From the NCBI GenBank assembly GCA_038245905.1, contig JBBRRY010000004.1, positions 78,274 to 142,273 on the forward strand: a stretch of DNA of 64,000 nt. The letters run 5' to 3'. Within the stretch, counting starts at the first letter, position 1, and every line of letters starts with the position of its first letter. Source of the DNA: Thermoanaerobaculia bacterium. Lineage in GTDB: Bacteria; Acidobacteriota; Thermoanaerobaculia; UBA5066. Below are positions 1 through 11,620 of this stretch, piece by piece. The translations under genes and the position numbers were made by a program. The notes beneath the pieces were generated by a model. It was not told where the DNA came from and did no database searches. It was given only the letters and a program-made list of their open reading frames with translations.

Positions 1-2
1 AG

Positions 3-1406
<1,404 letters not shown>

Positions 1407-1445
1407 GCTACACCTCCGTCGCGGCTGAAAGGGTTGTGGTTCGGC

Positions 1446-2267
1446 TCACGTAAGGTTGCTTTTCTTAGAAGGTGAAGAGAGCAGGGCGGCGGCGCTCTCT
1501 TCCTTTCTAAGCAAATTTTCAATTCTTTCGGCGTCCTCGATCGTATCCACGCCGATCGAATCCGACACCGCGTCCAGAACCGCCATCGCCATCCCGGCCG
1601 CGAGCGCGCGGAGCTGCTCGAGGCCCTCCGCCCGTTCGAGGGGATGCGGCGGGAGACTCGTCCACCTTCTCAAGGCTTCTTTCCGATAGCCGTAAAGCCC
1701 GAGGTGCTTGAGTGTCGCGAGGCCCGGCTCGGCCCGCCGGCGATAGGGGAGAGGCGACCTCGAGAAGTACAGGGCGCGCCCGTCGTCTCCGCGCACGACC
1801 TTGACGTTGTTGGGGTTCGCGATCTCGTTCGGGTCACGGATGGGCAGCGCGACAGTCGCGAGCGGAAAGTCGGGATGGTCGAGGAGGAATCCCGCCACCC
1901 GGTCGATGTTCTCGGGATCCATCATCGGCTCGTCGCCCTGCACGTTCAGGACGACGGTCACGTCGAGGTCCTTTACGGCGGCGAAGACCCGGTCGGTTCC
2001 CGAAGGCAGGGCGGGATCGGTCATCACGGCCCTTCCGCCCGCGGACTCGACGACCCGGGCGATCCGCTCGTCGTCCGTCGCGACGAGAACGAGCGAGACG
2101 CGCTTCGCCTTAAGGGCCCTCTCGAGGACTCTCACGACCATCGGAATCCCGGCGATCGGATGGAGAGGTTTTCCTGGAAAGCGCTCCGCCCCGTAGCGGG
2201 AGGGGATGACGGCGACCGAGGAGAGGGGAGTGTTGGTCGCCAGCCGGTGCACGTTCGATAATAACAT
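1446..2267 (-). CDS. kdsB: 3-deoxy-manno-octulosonate cytidylyltransferase
   Basis: IPSRYGAERFPGKPL, SGTDR, NVQGDEP, ALYFSRS, LEQLRAL motifs; start codon uncertain (ATG 2267 chosen). Confidence 0.93.
   Translation of the reverse strand: MLLSNVHRLATNTPLSSVAVIPSRYGAERFPGKPLHPIAGIPMVVRVLERALKAKRVSLVLVATDDERIARVVESAGGRAVMTDPALPSGTDRVFAAVKDLDVTVVLNVQGDEPMMDPENIDRVAGFLLDHPDFPLATVALPIRDPNEIANPNNVKVVRGDDGRALYFSRSPLPYRRRAEPGLATLKHLGLYGYRKEALRRWTSLPPHPLERAEGLEQLRALAAGMAMAVLDAVSDSIGVDTIEDAERIENLLRKEESAAALLSSPSKKSNLT
1460..1516. repeat. inverted pair of the dispersed TTCWAAGMAA motif forming a hairpin
   Basis: TTTCTTAGAAGGTGAAGAGAGC...GCTCTCTTCCTTTCTAAGCAAA; representative of 14 exact motif copies in the window. 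Confidence 0.8.
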
Positions 2268-2400
2268 CGGCGCCCGTCGGCGAGTCAACGACCGCCGGTT
2301 CGCGCCCCGGTGTCCCCCAAAAGGTCGTCGTCACCGGCCCGGACCCGCGGGTCGATGACGACTTCAAGAGGATGGGGAGAGAGGGATTCGGGGGAGCCCG

Positions 2401-2835
2401 CTATCCGGCCACGGGTTGGGCGCGGCTTTGCGTGTCTTCGCTGGATTCGTCTTCGTCCACGAGGCCCGGGAGGGAAAGCGCGGTTGTTTCGAGCGCGCCC
2501 TCCAGCTCGCGGATGCCCTCGCGGGCCGCGACGCAGTAGGAGTTGGACTCGTCGTACCCGGAGGCGGCGACGACCTTCTCGTACGTGAGGAGGGCCTTCG
2601 TCGGTTCCACGAGCGCGAAGTGATACGTGTGCGCCACCGTCATGCGGGCCTGCAGGTCGTAGGGGTTGAGGCGCAGGATCTTCGCGAGAAACACGAGCGC
2701 GTCGTTGTAGCGCTCCTCTTCGAGCGCGACTTCGGCGCGGTGGCGGTAGAGCGCGACCTCTTCCTCGAGAGTGAAGTCCTCACGCGACGTGGCGCTGAAG
2801 GGCGACCGAAAGGACCGGAAAAGCTTTTCGATCAT
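2401..2835 (-). CDS. small TPR-repeat protein
   Basis: TPR-like helices (AEVALEEERYNDALVFLAKILRLNPYD); AGGAG RBS before ATG 2835. Confidence 0.65.
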   Translation of the reverse strand: MIEKLFRSFRSPFSATSREDFTLEEEVALYRHRAEVALEEERYNDALVFLAKILRLNPYDLQARMTVAHTYHFALVEPTKALLTYEKVVAASGYDESNSYCVAAREGIRELEGALETTALSLPGLVDEDESSEDTQSRAQPVAG

Positions 2836-2899
2836 TCGCTCTCCTGACCGTTCCCGAAAGTTGTGGGGGCCGATCCGTGACCCACGATATGTTGGGGAG

Positions 2900-2928
2900 A
2901 GCTTAAGACTGCGGAGCGCTAAAATCAA
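2900..2928 (-). promoter_or_regulatory. sigma70-like promoter for the TPR gene
   Basis: TTGATT-17 nt-TAAGCT on the minus strand, within an AT-rich intergenic region. Confidence 0.45.
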
Positions 2929-3078
2929 GAGAGATTCCAGAAAAAAGAAGGCTGAAAGGCGAATAACCCTTACTTCATTCGGTCATTGCTTCTACAACTT
3001 GACCAACAGCTGGTTTCGTTAGGCAGAACCTTCCCGCAGCCTAATTACATTCAAAGTCACTAAATTATTTATTATTAA

Positions 3079-4152
3079 TTACTTACGACGATTTGCGGCG
3101 TACTCGGCGGCCAGTAGGAAGCCTTCTCGGGACGCTGTCTCGGGGAAGCGCGAGGCGATTTCGCGGGCTCGCTCGGCGTGCGTCTCGACCATTTCGCGGG
3201 CGCGCTCGAGGGCGGAGAGGCGGTGGACGATCTCGAGGATCTGCTCTGGCCTCACGGAGTCGAATCCCTCCTCGGCAACGACCGCCTCCACGAGCTTGCG
3301 CTCGGCGCGCGTGGCGTGCGGCAGACAGAGGATGAGAGGCAGCGTGAGCTTTCCCTCCTTGAGATCCGAGAGGACCGGCTTGCCGAGGTCGACTTCCTTC
3401 GCCGTGTAGTCGAGGACGTCGTCCTGGAGCTGGAAGGCGATCCCGAGGGACATTCCGTACTCCCAGAGCCGGGCGCCCCAGGTCTCGGCCGTCTCGTCGT
3501 ACGCTTCCGACACGAGGAACGACGGGATCTTGCACGCGCCCGCGAACAGAAGGGCTGTCTTGCGGCGGACGATGTCGAGGTAGCCCTCGAGCGTGAGGTC
3601 GAGCAGTCCACGCCTCTCGGCACCGATGATCTCGCCTTCGGTCATGCGGAGCGTCACATCCGAAAGGAGGCGTAGGACGCGCAGATCGCCCTCTTCGAGG
3701 GCGATCTCCATCGATTTCATGTAAAGAAAATCGCCGAAGAGAACGGTCAGCTCGTTGCCCCAGCGGCGATTCACGCTTGGCCGGCCACGGCGCAGCTCGG
3801 CGTCGTCGATGATGTCGTCGTGGACGAGCGTCGCCGTGTGGATGAACTCGATCATCGCGGCGTAGTTCACGTCGCGCTCGCCGTCGTAGCCGAGGAGATG
3901 CGACCCCAGGAGGAGGAGCGCGGGCCGGATTCTCTTGCCCCCGCCCTCGACGAGATAGTCGCCGATGAGCGAGATCGTCGGAATCCCGGAGCGCGTCCGC
4001 TCCTGGAGGCGCGTCTCGACGAGCCGCAGCTTGCCTTCGATCGGCGCGAGAGCCGAAAGCAGACGCCGCCCGTTCTCCCGCTCTTCGGCGGGAAGGGTGG
4101 CGACGAGCAGGCGGTCTTTCAGTGAGGTCTGGAACATTTCGACGGGCTGCAT
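3079..4152 (-). CDS. polyprenyl diphosphate synthase (IspB/HepT family)
   Basis: GGKRIRP, first aspartate-rich motif HDDIIDD..RRG, second motif FQLQDDVLD, DLKEGKLTLP. Confidence 0.92.
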   Translation of the reverse strand: MQPVEMFQTSLKDRLLVATLPAEERENGRRLLSALAPIEGKLRLVETRLQERTRSGIPTISLIGDYLVEGGGKRIRPALLLLGSHLLGYDGERDVNYAAMIEFIHTATLVHDDIIDDAELRRGRPSVNRRWGNELTVLFGDFLYMKSMEIALEEGDLRVLRLLSDVTLRMTEGEIIGAERRGLLDLTLEGYLDIVRRKTALLFAGACKIPSFLVSEAYDETAETWGARLWEYGMSLGIAFQLQDDVLDYTAKEVDLGKPVLSDLKEGKLTLPLILCLPHATRAERKLVEAVVAEEGFDSVRPEQILEIVHRLSALERAREMVETHAERAREIASRFPETASREGFLLAAEYAANRRK

Positions 4153-4203
4153 CTTACAGCCCCCTCCGACCCGGATTACGCCCGTATGGGTGGGCAGGAT
4201 GCT

Positions 4204-4695
4204 CTAGCCCCGGAAGTTCGTGAACTGGAGGGGGATGCCGAAGTCGGCGCCCCGAAGAAGAGCGATGACGGCCTGTAGATCGTCCCTCTTCTTGCCCGAG
4301 ACCCGCAGCTGCTCGCCCTGGATCGCGACCTGCACCTTCAGCTTGCTGTCCTTGATCGCCTTGACGATCTCCCGGGCCTTCTCGGACTCGATGCCCTGGC
4401 GGATCGTGACCACCTGGCGCACGGTACCTTTCGTCGCGGGCTCGATCGTGCCGTAGTCGAGGGACTTCAGGGAGACGCCGCGCTTCACGAGCTTGGTCTG
4501 GAGAATGTCCGTCACGGCCTTCAGGCCGAATTCGTCGTTTGCCGTGAGAGTGAGCTCCTTGTCCTTGTGCTCGATCCCGGCGGCGCTGCTCTTCAGGTCG
4601 TAGCGCTGCGCGGTTTCCTTCTGAGCCTGCGCGACCGCGTTCCCGACTTCGGGAAGGTTGACCTCGGAAACAACGTCGAATGTGGGGTCTGCCAT
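4204..4695 (-). CDS. yajQ: YajQ family cyclic-di-GMP-binding protein
   Basis: PTFDVVSEV...QRYDLK...KVQVAIQGEQLRVSGKKRDDLQ...LQFTNFR is typical YajQ. Confidence 0.93.
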   Translation of the reverse strand: MADPTFDVVSEVNLPEVGNAVAQAQKETAQRYDLKSSAAGIEHKDKELTLTANDEFGLKAVTDILQTKLVKRGVSLKSLDYGTIEPATKGTVRQVVTIRQGIESEKAREIVKAIKDSKLKVQVAIQGEQLRVSGKKRDDLQAVIALLRGADFGIPLQFTNFRG

Positions 4696-4699
4696 GGCT

Positions 4700-5377
4700 T
4701 CACTCCGAGAGGATCTTCGTGCCCGCGGGGGGCGCGAGGGCGAAGTCCGAGTCGGGGCGCTTCGGCCCGGACATCTTCTGCGTAAACGTGAACGCCGTGC
4801 GGTTGCCGGCGGCGTCCACGAGGATGAGCCTCTTCACGTCGCCGGTCGCGGCGACGAGGAGCATGAGCGACTTCGGGTCGCCGCCGGCGCGCGGGGTGAG
4901 CGTGAGCTCGACGAGGCCGGTGTCCGTCGGGGCGGCGCGTGCGGAATAGCGCGCGAGGAGCTCCTCGGTCGACTCGAGGAAAACGAGCGGCAGGCGCGCG
5001 CGCTCTTCAGGCCGGAGGGTCCTGAGGACGAGCTGCCGGTCGGCCGCCACGTACTGGCGGGCAAACTTCCCGTCGAACGTGAAGACCTTTCCCTCAGGGC
5101 CGTCGTAGTCGAACCGCACGCGGTCGGGCGCCTGGAGGATGAGCCGGCCGGTCTCGGGCGCGGTTTCCGCGAAACCCGCGGGCGCGTACGTCTGGACGAA
5201 CGTGCAGTTGACCGAGGGAGAGGATGAGTATGCTTTTCGGATGCTCGCGAGAACGGCGTGCGCGTCGAGGGAGGCGGTCCCAACCGTACCCGGTGTCGCG
5301 GCCGGCTTCGCCGGCCGTGCTTCGAGGGTGAGAAAAACGAGGAGAAGACAGACGAGGGATTTCGCGGGCATATTCAC
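4700..5377 (-). CDS. lolA: outer-membrane lipoprotein carrier LolA family protein
   Basis: Signal peptide, F.Q...G.L....P.R.RFDY, C-terminal F...PP.G pattern. Confidence 0.75.
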   Translation of the reverse strand: MNMPAKSLVCLLLVFLTLEARPAKPAATPGTVGTASLDAHAVLASIRKAYSSSPSVNCTFVQTYAPAGFAETAPETGRLILQAPDRVRFDYDGPEGKVFTFDGKFARQYVAADRQLVLRTLRPEERARLPLVFLESTEELLARYSARAAPTDTGLVELTLTPRAGGDPKSLMLLVAATGDVKRLILVDAAGNRTAFTFTQKMSGPKRPDSDFALAPPAGTKILSE

Positions 5378-5402
5378 CTTCTAAGAAGCTCTTCTCTTTC
5401 TT

Positions 5403-6947
5403 TCAATGCCTGAAGTGTCTCTTCCCCGTGAAGACCATCGTGATGCCCGCGGCGTCCGCCGCGGCGATGACGTCGGGATCCTTGACGGAGCCGCCGGGTT
5501 GGATGACCGCCGTGACGCCCGCGCCCGCGAGAACCTCGAGGCCGTCCGGGAACGGGAAGAATGCGTCGGAAGCCGCCACGGCGCCTCTCGCTCGCTCTCC
5601 GGCTTTCGCAATTGCATCCCGGCAGGCGTCCACACGGCTCGTGCGCCCTCCCCCGATGCCGTACGTCGCGGACTCGCCCGCGACGACGATGCCATTCGAG
5701 ACGACGCCTCGGAGGACGAGGTTCGCGAAGCGCATCGCACGCGTCTCGGCGTCGGTCGGTGCGCGCTTCGTGACGACCTTCCACGCGCTTTCCTCGTCCG
5801 GCAGAAGGTCGCCTTCCTGTACGAGGAGGCCGCCGTCGATGCCGCGCGCCTCGAGGCGCGGGCGCGGCCCGTGCTCCGCCTCGACGGTCAGGACGCGGAG
5901 ATTCGGTTTCTTCGCGAGGACGGGCTTTGCGTCGTCCGTCACGGCGTGGACGACGACGACCTCGAGGAATCGCGACGTGAGCGTGCCGGCGGCCTCCGCA
6001 TCGAGCGTGCCCGTCCAGGCGACGACGCCGCCGAATCCCGCGATCGGGTCGGAGGCCCACGCGGCTTCGAACGCCTCGGCCATCGTGCGGCCCTTCGCGG
6101 CCCCCGCGGGGATTCGGTGCTTCACGATCGTGAGGGCGTTCGCTCCCACGATGCGTGACGTGTAGAGAGCGGCGTCGGCGTCGAGGAAGTTGTTATACGA
6201 GAGCTCCTTCCCCTGCACGAAGCGGTAACGTGAGAGGGCCGGCGCCGCCGCGGCCGCGTCGACATAGAGGGAGGCCTTCTGGTGCGGGTTTTCCCCGTAA
6301 CGGAGACCGGCTCCGAGCGAAAAGGTCAGCGACAGGCGCTCCGGAAACGTCTCGCCCGGCCCCGAGGAGAACCAGCGGGCGATCGCGGCGTCGTACGCCG
6401 CCGTGTGCCGGAAGACCTTCGCGGCGAGGCGGCGGCGCGTCTCGTCCGAGAGGGTCCCACCCGTCCGCAGGAGCTCCTCGGCAATCGCGGGATAGTCGGC
6501 CGGGTCGCACACGACGCCGACGTGCGCATGGTTCTTGGCCGCGGCCCGGAGAAGCGACGGCCCGCCGACGTCGATCTTCTCGATGGCCTCGGCGAAGGTC
6601 ACGCCGGCCCGCGCGACGGTCTCCTCGAACGGGTAGAGGTTCACGACGACGAGGTCGATGGGGGAGACCCCGTTCGCGGCCGCCTCGCCGAGGTCGCGGT
6701 CCAGGGAGCGGTCGAAGAGGATGCCCCCAAAGAGCTTCGGATGCAGCGTCTTCACCCGACCGCCGAACACCTCCGGGAAACCCGTGACGTCGGAAACGCT
6801 CGTGACCGAAAGATCGGACGCGGCGAGTTGCGCCGCCGTCCCTCCCGTCGAGACGAGGCCGAACCCAATCCCGGTCAGAACGTGCGCGAAATCCACGAGG
6901 CCGGTGCGATCCGAGACGGAGAGAAGCGCGATTCGGGTGTTACTCAC
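5403..6947 (-). CDS. purH: bifunctional AICAR transformylase/IMP cyclohydrolase
   Basis: ALLSVSDRTG, STGGTA, GRVKTLHP, LRYGENPHQ, SDAFFPF, QPGGS, RHFRH; GTG start at 6947. Confidence 0.96.
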   Translation of the reverse strand: MSNTRIALLSVSDRTGLVDFAHVLTGIGFGLVSTGGTAAQLAASDLSVTSVSDVTGFPEVFGGRVKTLHPKLFGGILFDRSLDRDLGEAAANGVSPIDLVVVNLYPFEETVARAGVTFAEAIEKIDVGGPSLLRAAAKNHAHVGVVCDPADYPAIAEELLRTGGTLSDETRRRLAAKVFRHTAAYDAAIARWFSSGPGETFPERLSLTFSLGAGLRYGENPHQKASLYVDAAAAAPALSRYRFVQGKELSYNNFLDADAALYTSRIVGANALTIVKHRIPAGAAKGRTMAEAFEAAWASDPIAGFGGVVAWTGTLDAEAAGTLTSRFLEVVVVHAVTDDAKPVLAKKPNLRVLTVEAEHGPRPRLEARGIDGGLLVQEGDLLPDEESAWKVVTKRAPTDAETRAMRFANLVLRGVVSNGIVVAGESATYGIGGGRTSRVDACRDAIAKAGERARGAVAASDAFFPFPDGLEVLAGAGVTAVIQPGGSVKDPDVIAAADAAGITMVFTGKRHFRH

Positions 6948-7542
6948 GGATGGAGAGCGGTCCTTTGGATTCGGGGTGCTGGCGGACGATCGAGGCGTCG
7001 CCTCCCGCGGCGTTCCAGATCCAGGCGAAGAGGCGGGTCGAAAGCGTGACAGTCGCGTCGTAACGCTCACGCGCGGTGGTCGCGGGGAGCGGCGCCGCGG
7101 CCAGGGTTTCGGGCGCGGCGAAGGGTTCCGCCGGATAGCCGAGGAAGCGGGAGGCCTTCGAGGCGTTGCCTGGCGCGCCTCCCTGCGGAGGCAGCGCGAG
7201 GGCGAACTCGTGGACGATCCCGCCCATCTGATAGACGATTTCGTCGAAGGCCGTATGCCGGCGAATGGCCTCGGCGAGCGCACGCGCGCCGCGGGCCGCG
7301 GCCGCGCGATGGGCGTTCGCGTCGCGCGTGCCGTGTTCTGCGGCCGCCGCGTCGCTCACGCCCTGCATGAGCCGGCGGCTGTGCCGCGCGAGCTGACGCT
7401 TGAAGTCCGGGGGCGCGAACGAGGAGGCGTCGGCCGCCATTCGGGCCTCGTCCGCGACGCTCCAGCGCACGAGCTCCGCCGCGCGCGCGCCGGACGCGAA
7501 GAGAACGGCGGCGAGACAGGCGGCGGACGCGTGGCGTTTCAC
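6940..7542 (-). CDS. hypothetical exported helical protein
   Basis: N-terminal signal peptide; overlaps the purH start; no confident family. Confidence 0.6.
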   Translation of the reverse strand: MKRHASAACLAAVLFASGARAAELVRWSVADEARMAADASSFAPPDFKRQLARHSRRLMQGVSDAAAAEHGTRDANAHRAAAARGARALAEAIRRHTAFDEIVYQMGGIVHEFALALPPQGGAPGNASKASRFLGYPAEPFAAPETLAAAPLPATTARERYDATVTLSTRLFAWIWNAAGGDASIVRQHPESKGPLSIRE

Positions 7543-7555
7543 GGTTTCTCCTCTT

Positions 7556-10534
7556 CTAGAAGATCTTCAGGATGTTCAGCGAAAGGACGACGCCCGTCTG
7601 CCCGCGGTTGCGGCCGGAGACGGGCGTTCCGGCATCGAGCCGGATCAGCGTCGCCCACGGCCCGGCGAACTCGCCCGAGATTCCCGCGCCGCTGAAGTAG
7701 GCCCAGTCGAGGCCCGCGGCCCGGTCCCTCACGCGCGCATCCTCGTAGATCGCCTCGAGGCGGAAGGCGCTCCCGATGACATAACCGTACGCGACCTTCG
7801 ACGTGACCGCTTCCTCGGCACGCAGGGCACCCGACCGGAAGCCGCGCAGCGACGTTCCGCCGAAGAAGCCGAAGGTGTACTTCGAGAAGCGATCCGTGTT
7901 GTCGGAGCCGACGTACCCGAGCGACGCGCGCACGCGCTGGAAGCGCGGCAGGTGGAAGTCTTTCTGAATCTCGGCGCCCCAGGTCGTGAAGACGTCCTTG
8001 CCCGGGTCGTAGTCCGGGTTACCCGCGAAGCCCCACGGATCCCACTGCGACCTCTTGTTCCACGCCCACCGGCCCGTAACCGCCCACCCGCGCCAGTCCC
8101 AGGCGAGCTGGCCCTCGAGGCGTGTGAGCCAGTGGTCCGATGGAATCGCGAACGCCGATGATGTTTCGACGTCGTCGACCGCGAAGTCCCGGTGCGACTC
8201 GGTGACCGTCCCCGTGAGCTTGATGTGGCGCGCGATCGGGACGCCCGCCTTGAACGCGGCCGCGAATGACCGGCTCTTCACCCGCTGCGCCTTGTCTTCC
8301 TCGCCGGAGACGAAGAGCGCGTCCGTGCCCCGAAGCGCGATGCCGAAGACGTCGACGCCGACGTCGACTGGCGAGCCGAAGAGCCTCGGCTGGCTCCACG
8401 AGGCCGCGAGCAGGACGCCGCCGAAGAGGACCTGGAACTGGTCATGGCGTTTGCTCGCGTCGAGGTCGATCCAGTAGACGCCGAGGAGGGGGAGCGGATA
8501 GTCGTATGCGCCATCGTAGAAAAGGCCGCCGAGCCCGAAGAGCTTGCCGTGTTTCGCGTCCTCCGTGACGCGGCGGCCGCCGTCCTTCGTCTTCTCGAGG
8601 TAACGAACACCCTTCTCGGTCTCACGCACCATCGTGTCCTTCGACGCGAAAGTCTCTTCGCGCGCCGCGCGGAAGGCGGGATCGTCGAGCCGGATGTCGG
8701 TGAGCACGCTTTCGCGCTCGATCACGGTCGTGCGCGAAAACGTTTTGAGGATCCACTGGCCCGTCGTGCGCGTCGGGAGGCGCAGCGGCGGCCCGCCGTC
8801 GGGTGCGGGCACATCCGTGAAGTCGGCCGTCTCGTCCACGGCCTGAATCTCGGCCGTGAGGTTCAGCTGCCGCGTCCGGACGCGGACGGCCGCGAACCCG
8901 TCTCGCGCGATCCACACGCGACCCGCGTACACGGGCTTGTCCGTCACGGCGACGCGCGGCTCGAAGTCGAGCGCCCAGCAGGGAATGCCCCGCACGGTCT
9001 CTTCGCCGACGAGCGCGTAGCGGTATGTGTCGTCGAGCGTGAGGGCGAGCGGCATGTCCGAGACCTTCTCGGGCTGCAGGAGCGGGAGCTCGGGGAGCTT
9101 TTTTCCCTTCCAGCGGACGCCGTTGAAGTACGCGTCGTGCCACGCCCAGTCGAAGCCCGAGCCCCTCTCGTAGAAGAACGGCCCGGCGAGCGTGAGGTCG
9201 ATCGTGTTGCCGAGGTTCGCGAAGCGAAAGCGCATCGAGAGCGAGTTCGTCGCCGAGAGCGTCTTCCAGCGCGCATCGCGGGCCGCCCGCCACGCCTGGT
9301 GCTGCGCGAGAATCTCCTCCGCCGTGATCCCGCGCGCGGCGGCGACCCCGACCGCGGCCTTCGGGGCCTCGGCCGGGGCTTTCTCGCGCGCCGTGAGGCG
9401 CACGGCGAGGGGACCATTCGCGAGCGAGAGGGTGAGGCGTACGGGGACCGCGCCTGCAGGGATCTCGAGCTTCCTCGAGGCCCCCGTCGCGAGCTCGAAA
9501 ATCTCCGCCAAGCCGTACGGCGTCGCATCCAGGGTGACCGTCACGGGCCCCGCCGGAGCGGGCGCGCCGCCCTTCGTGCCGGGAACGAGGACGACACCGC
9601 CCAGGTCGGCGCCCGAGACGACGCGGAATGCGTCGCGCGGCGTTCCGTCGGACGCCGCGACGGACACGGCGCGGGTGTCGGCGCCGAAGTCGCCCGCGAC
9701 CATGCGCGCGAAGCGCTCGAGCGTCGCGTCTTCGGCGGCCGACCACGCGGGTGTCGCGACGACGAACGGAAGGTTCTCGGACGCGAACCGCGCGGAAGCA
9801 GCGATGAGCGCGCCGGGCGTGCGGACGGAGGCACCGAGATCGACGAGCCCCGGCTTGCCGAATGCGACGGCGTCGATCGCTTTTCGGACCTCAGACGCAT
9901 CAACCTGTGCGATTTCGGTCACGCCGACCATGTCGAGATAGGCCGTGTTTTCTTCTGAAAGGAGGAGACGGTCGGCGGGTGCGATGAGCGGGCCCGAAGC
10001 GTCGGGTGCGGCCGCGAACGCAATCAGGGCGTGGGGAGCTGCGGCGCGCGCGCCCGCGGCCACCTTTCTAAGAAAATACGCCCGTGCCTTGGGGTCGCCG
10101 GAAACGGGCGTCGCGAAGTCGATGGATACGAGATCCGCCGTCCTTGCCTCTCTCAGAATCTCTCCGATCCCCGGCCAGAGGTCGTCCACGTTTGCCGCTT
10201 CGGCGGCTCGTACATCGGCCGGCACGGCCACATTGGGCAGCGCGAGCGCGAGCCCCCAGCGCCAGCCGGCGGTGTGGGCGTGCTCCGCGAGCTCGCGGAC
10301 GCCGGCGATCGCCGCCGGCCTGTCCACGCCCCGCGCGTCGGGGTCGAGTCGCAGCAAGAGGCCCGGAGCGTTCGGCGAATGGGCGGCGATCGGCAGGCCC
10401 GAGATGCGGGCGATCCTCGGGTCGCCGGGCGAGACCGCGAGCCACGGCGCCGCGTATGGGCGGGGCGTCACCCCCGCCGCGGCGTGAGAGAGGAGCGCCC
10501 CGAGGAGAGCGGCAAGAGCCCGGTGCTGCGTCAC
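7556..10534 (-). CDS. large exported protein with probable C-terminal outer-membrane beta-barrel
   Basis: Signal peptide; central LolA/RseB-like segment (YRYALVGEETVRGIPCWALDFEP..GRVWI); amphipathic beta-strands; C-terminal Phe. Confidence 0.65.
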   Translation of the reverse strand: MTQHRALAALLGALLSHAAAGVTPRPYAAPWLAVSPGDPRIARISGLPIAAHSPNAPGLLLRLDPDARGVDRPAAIAGVRELAEHAHTAGWRWGLALALPNVAVPADVRAAEAANVDDLWPGIGEILREARTADLVSIDFATPVSGDPKARAYFLRKVAAGARAAAPHALIAFAAAPDASGPLIAPADRLLLSEENTAYLDMVGVTEIAQVDASEVRKAIDAVAFGKPGLVDLGASVRTPGALIAASARFASENLPFVVATPAWSAAEDATLERFARMVAGDFGADTRAVSVAASDGTPRDAFRVVSGADLGGVVLVPGTKGGAPAPAGPVTVTLDATPYGLAEIFELATGASRKLEIPAGAVPVRLTLSLANGPLAVRLTAREKAPAEAPKAAVGVAAARGITAEEILAQHQAWRAARDARWKTLSATNSLSMRFRFANLGNTIDLTLAGPFFYERGSGFDWAWHDAYFNGVRWKGKKLPELPLLQPEKVSDMPLALTLDDTYRYALVGEETVRGIPCWALDFEPRVAVTDKPVYAGRVWIARDGFAAVRVRTRQLNLTAEIQAVDETADFTDVPAPDGGPPLRLPTRTTGQWILKTFSRTTVIERESVLTDIRLDDPAFRAAREETFASKDTMVRETEKGVRYLEKTKDGGRRVTEDAKHGKLFGLGGLFYDGAYDYPLPLLGVYWIDLDASKRHDQFQVLFGGVLLAASWSQPRLFGSPVDVGVDVFGIALRGTDALFVSGEEDKAQRVKSRSFAAAFKAGVPIARHIKLTGTVTESHRDFAVDDVETSSAFAIPSDHWLTRLEGQLAWDWRGWAVTGRWAWNKRSQWDPWGFAGNPDYDPGKDVFTTWGAEIQKDFHLPRFQRVRASLGYVGSDNTDRFSKYTFGFFGGTSLRGFRSGALRAEEAVTSKVAYGYVIGSAFRLEAIYEDARVRDRAAGLDWAYFSGAGISGEFAGPWATLIRLDAGTPVSGRNRGQTGVVLSLNILKIF

Positions 10535-11620
10535 TTACTTCCGGAAGGCCTTCGACGGAGCCCTGGGCTCCGGTGCGGGGAGCGCCACGGGAGCCGGTCC
10601 GGCTGGCACGACGACGTCGCCCGTCGGAAGACCGAGGTTCGCCCGGATCTTCTTCTCGATCTCGGCGGCGATGTCGGGGTTGTCGCGGAAGAACTGCTTG
10701 GAGTTTTCGCGGCCCTGCCCAAGGCGGATATCGCCGTAGCTGAACCAGGCGCCGGACTTCTCGACGATCTTCATCTCGATCCCGATGTCGATGAGCTCGC
10801 CCGTCTTCGAGATGCCCTCGCCGTACGCGATGTCGAACTCGGCGAACCGGAAGGGGGGAGCGACCTTGTTCTTGACGATCTTGACCTTCGTGCGGCTTCC
10901 GACGACGACCTCGCCGTCCTTGATGGCATTGATGCGCCGGATGTCGATACGGACCGACGAATAGAACTTCAAGGCCCGGCCGCCCGTCGTCGTCTCTGGG
11001 TTCCCGAACATGACGCCGATCTTTTCGCGGATCTGGTTGATGAAGATGAGGGTCGTGTTCGATTTCGAGACGACCGCCGTGAGTTTGCGCATGGCCTGCG
11101 ACATGAGGCGCGCCTGCAGGCCCACCACGGCGTCGCCCATCTCGCCTTCGAGCTCGGCCTTCGGAACGAGCGCCGCGACGGAGTCGATGACGACGACGTC
11201 GATCGCGGCCGACCGCACGAGCGCCTCGGCGATCTCGAGCGCCTGTTCGCCCGAGTCGGGCTGGGACACCATGAGGTTGTCGACGTCGACGCCGAGCTTC
11301 TTGGCGTAGTCGGGGTCCATCGCGTGCTCGGCGTCGATGAAGGCGGCGAGCCCGCCACGCTTCTGCGCCTCGGCGATGACGTGGAGGGTCAGGGTCGTCT
11401 TGCCCGAAGACTCCGGCCCGAAGACTTCGATGACACGGCCGCGCGGGATGCCGCCGATTCCCAAGGCGGCGTCCACGCCGATCGAGCCCGTCGAGATGCA
11501 CTGGATGACGGTGTGTGGCTTGTCACCGAGACGGACGAGAGCGCCTTTGCCGAACTGCCGGTCGATCTGCTGGAGCGCTTGCTCGAGTGCTTTCTGCTTT
11601 TCCTTGTTCACTTCGACCAT
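10535..11620 (-). CDS. recA: recombinase RecA
   Basis: GPESSGKTT Walker [37 protein letters not shown]. Confidence 0.99.
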   Translation of the reverse strand: MVEVNKEKQKALEQALQQIDRQFGKGALVRLGDKPHTVIQCISTGSIGVDAALGIGGIPRGRVIEVFGPESSGKTTLTLHVIAEAQKRGGLAAFIDAEHAMDPDYAKKLGVDVDNLMVSQPDSGEQALEIAEALVRSAAIDVVVIDSVAALVPKAELEGEMGDAVVGLQARLMSQAMRKLTAVVSKSNTTLIFINQIREKIGVMFGNPETTTGGRALKFYSSVRIDIRRINAIKDGEVVVGSRTKVKIVKNKVAPPFRFAEFDIAYGEGISKTGELIDIGIEMKIVEKSGAWFSYGDIRLGQGRENSKQFFRDNPDIAAEIEKKIRANLGLPTGDVVVPAGPAPVALPAPEPRAPSKAFRK

